This document shows, one piece after another, positions 61,101 to 64,000 of a stretch of DNA of 64,000 nucleotides. Under the pieces are notes generated by a model. It ran no database searches, was not told the DNA's origin, and saw nothing but the letters and a program-made list of their open reading frames with translations. The stretch is from Antedon mediterranea. Lineage: Eukaryota; Animalia; Echinodermata. How positions within the stretch are numbered: the stretch's first letter is position 1; each line of letters opens with the position of its first letter. A program made the translations under genes and the position numbers. The stretch is from the NCBI RefSeq assembly GCF_964355755.1, contig NC_092670.1, positions 2,222,201 through 2,286,200 of the forward strand. Direction: 5' to 3'.

Positions 61101-64000
61101 AGTTTTTGATATAGTATATAAATACTTTGTGGATAATAAACTTCTTACTCAATTCCAATCTGGTTTTACACCAGGTGACTCGACAACGTATCAACTTCTT
61201 TATCTTATAGATACATTTAATAGAGCTTTAGATTTAAGGAAAGAAGTAATCTCGGTATTTTTGGATATTTCCAAAGCCTTCGATAAAGTTTGGCATAATG
61301 GGATTATATACAAATTAAATCAATATGGAATTAATGGCACTCTTCTAAAATGGTTCCAAAGTTACTTAAACTCACGTGAGCAACGTGTTATTATTGAAGG
61401 AACTACCAGTCCTTGGGTGACCATTACAGCAGGAGTACCCCAAGGATCTGTTTTGGGTCCATTTTTATTTATTGTATTCATAAATGATATGGTTGATAAT
61501 ATCAAATCTAATATTAGTTTATATGCAGATGATACTTCGTTATATGATATTTGTACAGATCGTAATATTTCAGAACAAAAATTAAATGGTGATCTTAATG
61601 TCATTTATAATTGGGCAAAAAAATGGAAAGTAACATTCAATGCTAACAAAACGAAAGCTATACTGTTTACACGTAAACATTTAGATAACTATGTTAGTTT
61701 AAATTTCAATAATGTAAATCTACAATTTGTAAATGATCATAGGCATCTTGGTGTAATGCTTAATGCAAAACTCAAGTGGGATTCCCATATCCAATCTGTA
61801 ATTAACAAAGCGTCTTTATCTTTAAATATGCTACGTCGTGTCAAACATATTCTACCTCGACAGGCTCTCTGTCACATTTACACATCACACGTTAGACCAT
61901 TAATGGAATATGCAGCTCCTGTTTGGTGTAATATTCCAGATAAATTAAGTGATGAACTAGAAAATATCCAGATTTCTGCAGGTAGAATATGTACTGGTGC
62001 GTGGAAACATACAAGTCATAATGCATTAAGACAAGAATTAGGCTGGTTATCATTGGAAAAACGTAGAAAATTTCTTAACCTAATACTGTTTTTTAAAATT
62101 ATTCATAAGTTAACACCAGTGTATCTTTACTCCTTATTTAATTTTTCTGACAATATTGAAGTTTATAACTTGCGTAACATCCGAAATATAATAATTCCAT
62201 TTTGTAAGACCACATCATATCGTTTATCTTTTGTCCCATCTATTATAACACATTGGAATGAGTTAAATAATGAAATAAAAAATTCCTCATTTCTTGTTGA
62301 GTTTAAAAAATTGCTACTGAAATCCAATTTGTTTGAAACAAAAAAACGTTCTTATTATGATACAGGTGATAAGAAGATTAACCAAATTCACACTAGAATC
62401 CGACTTGGTTTCAGCTGTCTCAATTCGCATTTATTCTTACATGGACTTCGGGACAATCCAAATTGTACTTGTGGCTTTAATGTTGAGAATCCGCTTCATT
62501 TCTTATGTTACTGCCCTAATTATAATACACAAAGAGATATTCTACTTGTAAGCGCTAACTCAATTATTGAGGATATCTTAGCCAAGGATTTTTCTTTAAC
62601 ATTTAATTTTACATTTTTAAGTGAAATTTTTATTTTTGGTTCCGATCTTCTTTCGAATTGTGAAAATGCTTTATTATTTTATTATGTACAACAATTTCTT
62701 GTTAATTCTGGAAGATTTAATTGATGTTTCTGTTAGTTGTTTTAAAATGTTGTATTTGTTAATCTGAGGCGCCTTGAAGCTAAGATGGTTCCATCTTGTA
62801 AGGCGCCTCTGTGTAATATACTGAATAAAAAAAAAAACAAGTAAAGTATCCAATATTATGTTTCTGAATGTAATATATTATTTGAAGGTTTGCATGGCGA
62901 GATCAAATGTTTATATAAAGTTTGCAGTACACCATGTATATATTTAGTTCTGTTGGGTTTCTCTACGTTTCTATCAATATATAATAAACTTTCTGTATGT
63001 ACTTTTTATAGGCTTTTTATTAGGATAAATTATTATAGGATTCTAATTATTTTATCAATGGTAATTAAAATTAATAATTAATGTAGAAAAGTACATTTTC
63101 AGAAAATTTAATTTTTAGAAATGAAAGTGAAAAGGATAAAGGAACGACAGAATATCAACGTTTCTGATGATTTCAGGTCCTGGATTTGCTTCCCTAATGA
63201 TTCTACGCGGATTTTCGTTTCCTGATTGACAAGTAGAGTTGTGATAGTGACTTTTCAATTGCCATATATCTTGAAAGAAAACCTTGTCAATTAGTAAGAG
63301 GAGAATTTAGCACATGCCTCTTAAGATGTTCCTCTTTCATTGAGTTTGTTTTGAGAATAATAAAAAATATATTTTCTGGTTAAAACATGAGCAGAGGTGC
63401 CTTGAAAATAGTAGGTCTAATTATTCCGAGACAGAGAGGCCCATAGTTTTAACAAAACAAACAAAAATTGAAATAGGCAAAGTATATTTGTTTTGTATTA
63501 TGGATCAAACATTTGAAGACACCAACTGTTCTAAAGTAAACTTCTTCTCAATTTAACCACCTCTTCCATCTTTTTATTTTATCCGTCAACGGTTATTTTT
63601 ATTTCAATATGACATGAATACAGAAAAGGTTTACATGATAGACAATAAAGCAACTAGAATCATATTGAGGATATACACTAGAAGAATAAATTATTAAATT
63701 ATTATTATTAAACATATAAAGAAAAAGAGACAATAAATCAAATATCGAATAAATGAGAAAAAATTATAACAATAAATCGAATATCAAAGCCCAGGCCACA
63801 AGTCAGTCCATGTAAAATTCAGTGCTTAGTTTTGGTAGAGCAGACCGTGAAATATTAGGTGTGAAATGTAATAATGATACGCCGTGCACTTGAAATTTCT
63901 ATTAATATTTTTTATTACCCTCATCCATTTTGCTTTCTTCTGTTTTAGTTGATTGTGCTGGATTTTCTTTTGACTGTTCTTCTATTCTGTCTTCTTTCAC
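30614..64000 (-). CDS. Multidomain Roco-family protein: Roc-COR-Death-ZU5-UPA-DED-DED-basic tail (5' end outside window; 3' end uncertain)
   Basis: In-frame exon chain: 64000-63919, 58181-57922, 57367-57278, 56961-56785, 56586-56341, 55907-55719, 53803-53645, 53549-53274, 52907-52824, 52275-52056, 51710-51687, 51547-51521, 51406-51125, 50824-50762, 49719-49184, 48673-48542, 46904-46715, 45777-45745, 44827-44792, 44671-44636, 44482-43955, 43325-43251, 42813-42781, 41696-41586, 41309-41229, 39903-39859, 31823-31779, 31364-31323, then 30645-30614 or 17519 onward. All GT-AG except one GC donor; no internal stops. Confidence 0.85.
31869..33321 (+). mobile_element. HINE / DINE-1-like element
   Basis: 5' ttaggttatatgca...tgcatataacct, (TTTA)n tract, 3' tgcatataaccta sub-TIR, hairpin aattcgtca-tag-tgacgaatt, end aaatctagtt. 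Confidence 0.85.
33655..34430. mobile_element. Non-autonomous TIR transposon with many subterminal gggcccgatcgtct motifs
   Basis: Ends cagacgatcggg ... cccaatcgtctg; 8-bp direct repeat gtagctag at 33647-33654 and 34431-34438. Confidence 0.8.
34861..36899. mobile_element. Nested Mutator-like element with tgcgaggca subterminal repeats
   Basis: Ends gagtgttgacaaagtgcgagg ... cctcgcactttgttactaccc; 9-bp TSD gtatatatt (34852-34860, 36900-36908). Confidence 0.82.
35895..36723. mobile_element. Foldback-type element (about 320-bp imperfect inverted arms); a related deleted copy sits at 36941-37280
   Basis: 35897-36215 is the approximate reverse complement of 36425-36722 (e.g. tttctatggagcgccaaaagagcaa vs ttgctcttttggcgttccatagaaa). 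Confidence 0.75.
37331..39300 (-). mobile_element. 5'-truncated CR1-clade LINE, reverse transcriptase pseudogene
   Basis: KSPGPDNIHP, NYRPISLT, FLDYSKAFDSVPH, GVPQGSVLGP, LFADDTK, VRPHLEFCVQVWNP, IERVQRRATK; nonsense codon at 38305-38303 and frameshifts near 38990 and 39135; (CTAAA)n 3' tail; sits inside the right terminus of the 34547-39340 element. Confidence 0.95.
40030..40410 (-). mobile_element. Penelope-like element fragment (GIY-YIG endonuclease C-terminus)
   Basis: KVYVGETKRTLRERIEEH...SALAEHFKITGH...RKIWEAIY...LNRDGG, typical of Penelope GIY-YIG domains; frameshifted. Confidence 0.85.
40834..40872 (+). ncRNA. Minimal type I hammerhead ribozyme motif within a Penelope-like terminal repeat (about 40785-40960)
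   Basis: ccg-CUGAGGA-ggagaa(uggu)uucucc-GAAA-auau-UA-cgg: conserved core, 6-bp stem II, palindromic stem III (AAUAUU), 3-bp stem I. Confidence 0.72.
41717..42310 (+). mobile_element. Degenerate 3' LINE fragment with (TTA)n tail
   Basis: MEMNRWPKLIL...FWKQEV...KSSLLDY resembles LINE ORF2 C-termini; AATAAA then TTA repeats; absent from the tandem-duplicated intron copy at 41310-41345. Confidence 0.6.
43955..44482 (-). CDS. Tandem DED exon of the Roco gene
   Basis: FKIIKVKFSQWY...LKILYKDLL...LLNFLMEREHLTSHDLTLFYE; FTPHRLMLIQFGEELTEKDIRKI...LIMDLEMRNII: DED pattern (R-x-x-L...EEL...L...LE); homologous to 16968-17519 and 13230-13792. Confidence 0.85.
46715..49719 (-). CDS. ZU5 + UPA domain exons
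   Basis: VDSKGETL...LVINPGAI...ILSPVVRCGPPGTVF...LSFPHNA...HSKHFSKYGLTG (ZU5), then KTARLGVFG...LRVR, PPTQ|TITANEIW (UPA-like). Confidence 0.88.
47326..47918 (+). mobile_element. HINE / DINE-1-like element
   Basis: 5' attacctccaccaaggaggttatgttttc plus GT-rich tract; 3' ggcggagg sub-TIR, hairpin gtactc-tcg-gagtac, end ctagtt. Confidence 0.85.
51125..51406 (-). CDS. Death domain exon
   Basis: IRKVSEEIHNWKLFGVHLGLS...KEMMNFWR...LEVFCIALIQHGSNNLAD: W-x-x-L/F-G-x-x-L-G, M-x-x-W and AL...LAD pattern of death domains; phase 1-1. Confidence 0.85.
52056..55907 (-). CDS. COR domain exons of the Roco gene
   Basis: LLEYLHDIGVILYY...IIVINLMKLVD, GILEVDLLKYLW...LMEKFGLMC, FYVLSRL...LPDDLFQR follow the COR-A/COR-B motif series. 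Confidence 0.88.
54180..55700 (-). mobile_element. 5'-truncated L2/Crack-like LINE, RT pseudogene
   Basis: FRPISILP, DLKKAFDT, GVPQGS-LGP, MYADDT, LNISKTK, LGIIIDNTLTW, SRLDYCCSVW across broken frames; 3' gaggg...ccctc hairpin and AATAAA; inserted about 20 nt from a COR exon donor. Confidence 0.9.
56341..58181 (-). CDS. Roc GTPase domain exons (G3 to G5 region) of the Roco gene
   Basis: KIWDFGGQPIYHVMQR|IFMVSFAVICVVFNL (G3 WDFGGQ), LEFILSWIRSIY...PPVLLIGTHLN (G4 position), IFTIENS (G5-like), then PIKWL at the COR start. The P-loop is not in the window. Confidence 0.9.
58641..59211 (+). CDS. LINE ORF1 (coiled coil + L1-type RRM/CTD), one frameshift near 58707
   Basis: MAPKLDVDKLKKDLLQELTTSI joins TETLNKAFDKLQEQISNIETRLDYLEQYSRRNNLRFYG...HRIG...PRPIIVRF...YISEDLT if one extra A is removed. 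Confidence 0.85.
59406..62724 (+). CDS. LINE ORF2: 2A-like peptide, AP endonuclease, reverse transcriptase, C-terminal Cys/His motif; one frameshift near 60971
   Basis: GDIHPNPGP; NIRSL, LTETWL, GGGCALY, YRPP, GDMN, IDH, CDH (APE); NYRPIS, FLDISKAFDKVWH, GVPQGSVLGP, YADD (RT); CTCG...H...C. Frames join as LYNFCI / GYFPVEWKKSNVIPLHKKG. Confidence 0.95.

Larger units (their letters stand above)
58248..62835 (+). mobile_element. Near full-length APE-type LINE (CR1/L2/Crack group), antisense in a Roc intron
   Basis: 9-bp TSD aacaagtaa (58239-58247, 62836-62844), 5' UTR, ORF1, ORF2, 3' hairpin, AATAAA plus poly(A). Confidence 0.95.

Noticed and set aside
63160-63200. Second NPGP motif on the - strand (REANPGP)
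   Set aside because: Lacks the GD(V/I) part of the 2A consensus and is not in a sustained ORF.

Overview
AT-rich, intron-rich animal genomic DNA (marine invertebrate, echinoderm-like by inference), not prokaryotic. 514-8853 (+) holds the last 16 exons of an outer-arm beta-type axonemal dynein heavy chain. The rest of the window is a convergent (- strand) death-fold locus that the ORF track only shows in pieces. Manual splicing gives a large gene entering from beyond 64000 with the order Roc GTPase (G3/G4 motifs) - COR - Death domain - ZU5 (with an HFS autoproteolysis motif) - UPA - tandem DED pair - Lys/Arg/Ser-rich micro-exon tail, followed by a decayed terminal DED exon. Downstream lies a partial duplicate unit with two more tandem-DED exons (four DEDs). 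Almost all modules after COR are symmetric phase-1 exons, so the locus looks like an exon-shuffling, alternatively spliceable immune/cell-death scaffold. The introns are packed with transposons: a young near full-length LINE with a 2A-like peptide and a near-identical truncated sibling in the dynein gene, CR1, L2-like and Penelope fragments (plus a minimal hammerhead ribozyme), three Helentron-associated HINEs, nested Mutator-like elements, hAT and Harbinger MITEs. There are also two minisatellites, one built from a splice donor. Domain calls come from motif recognition by eye and need HMM and RNA-seq confirmation.
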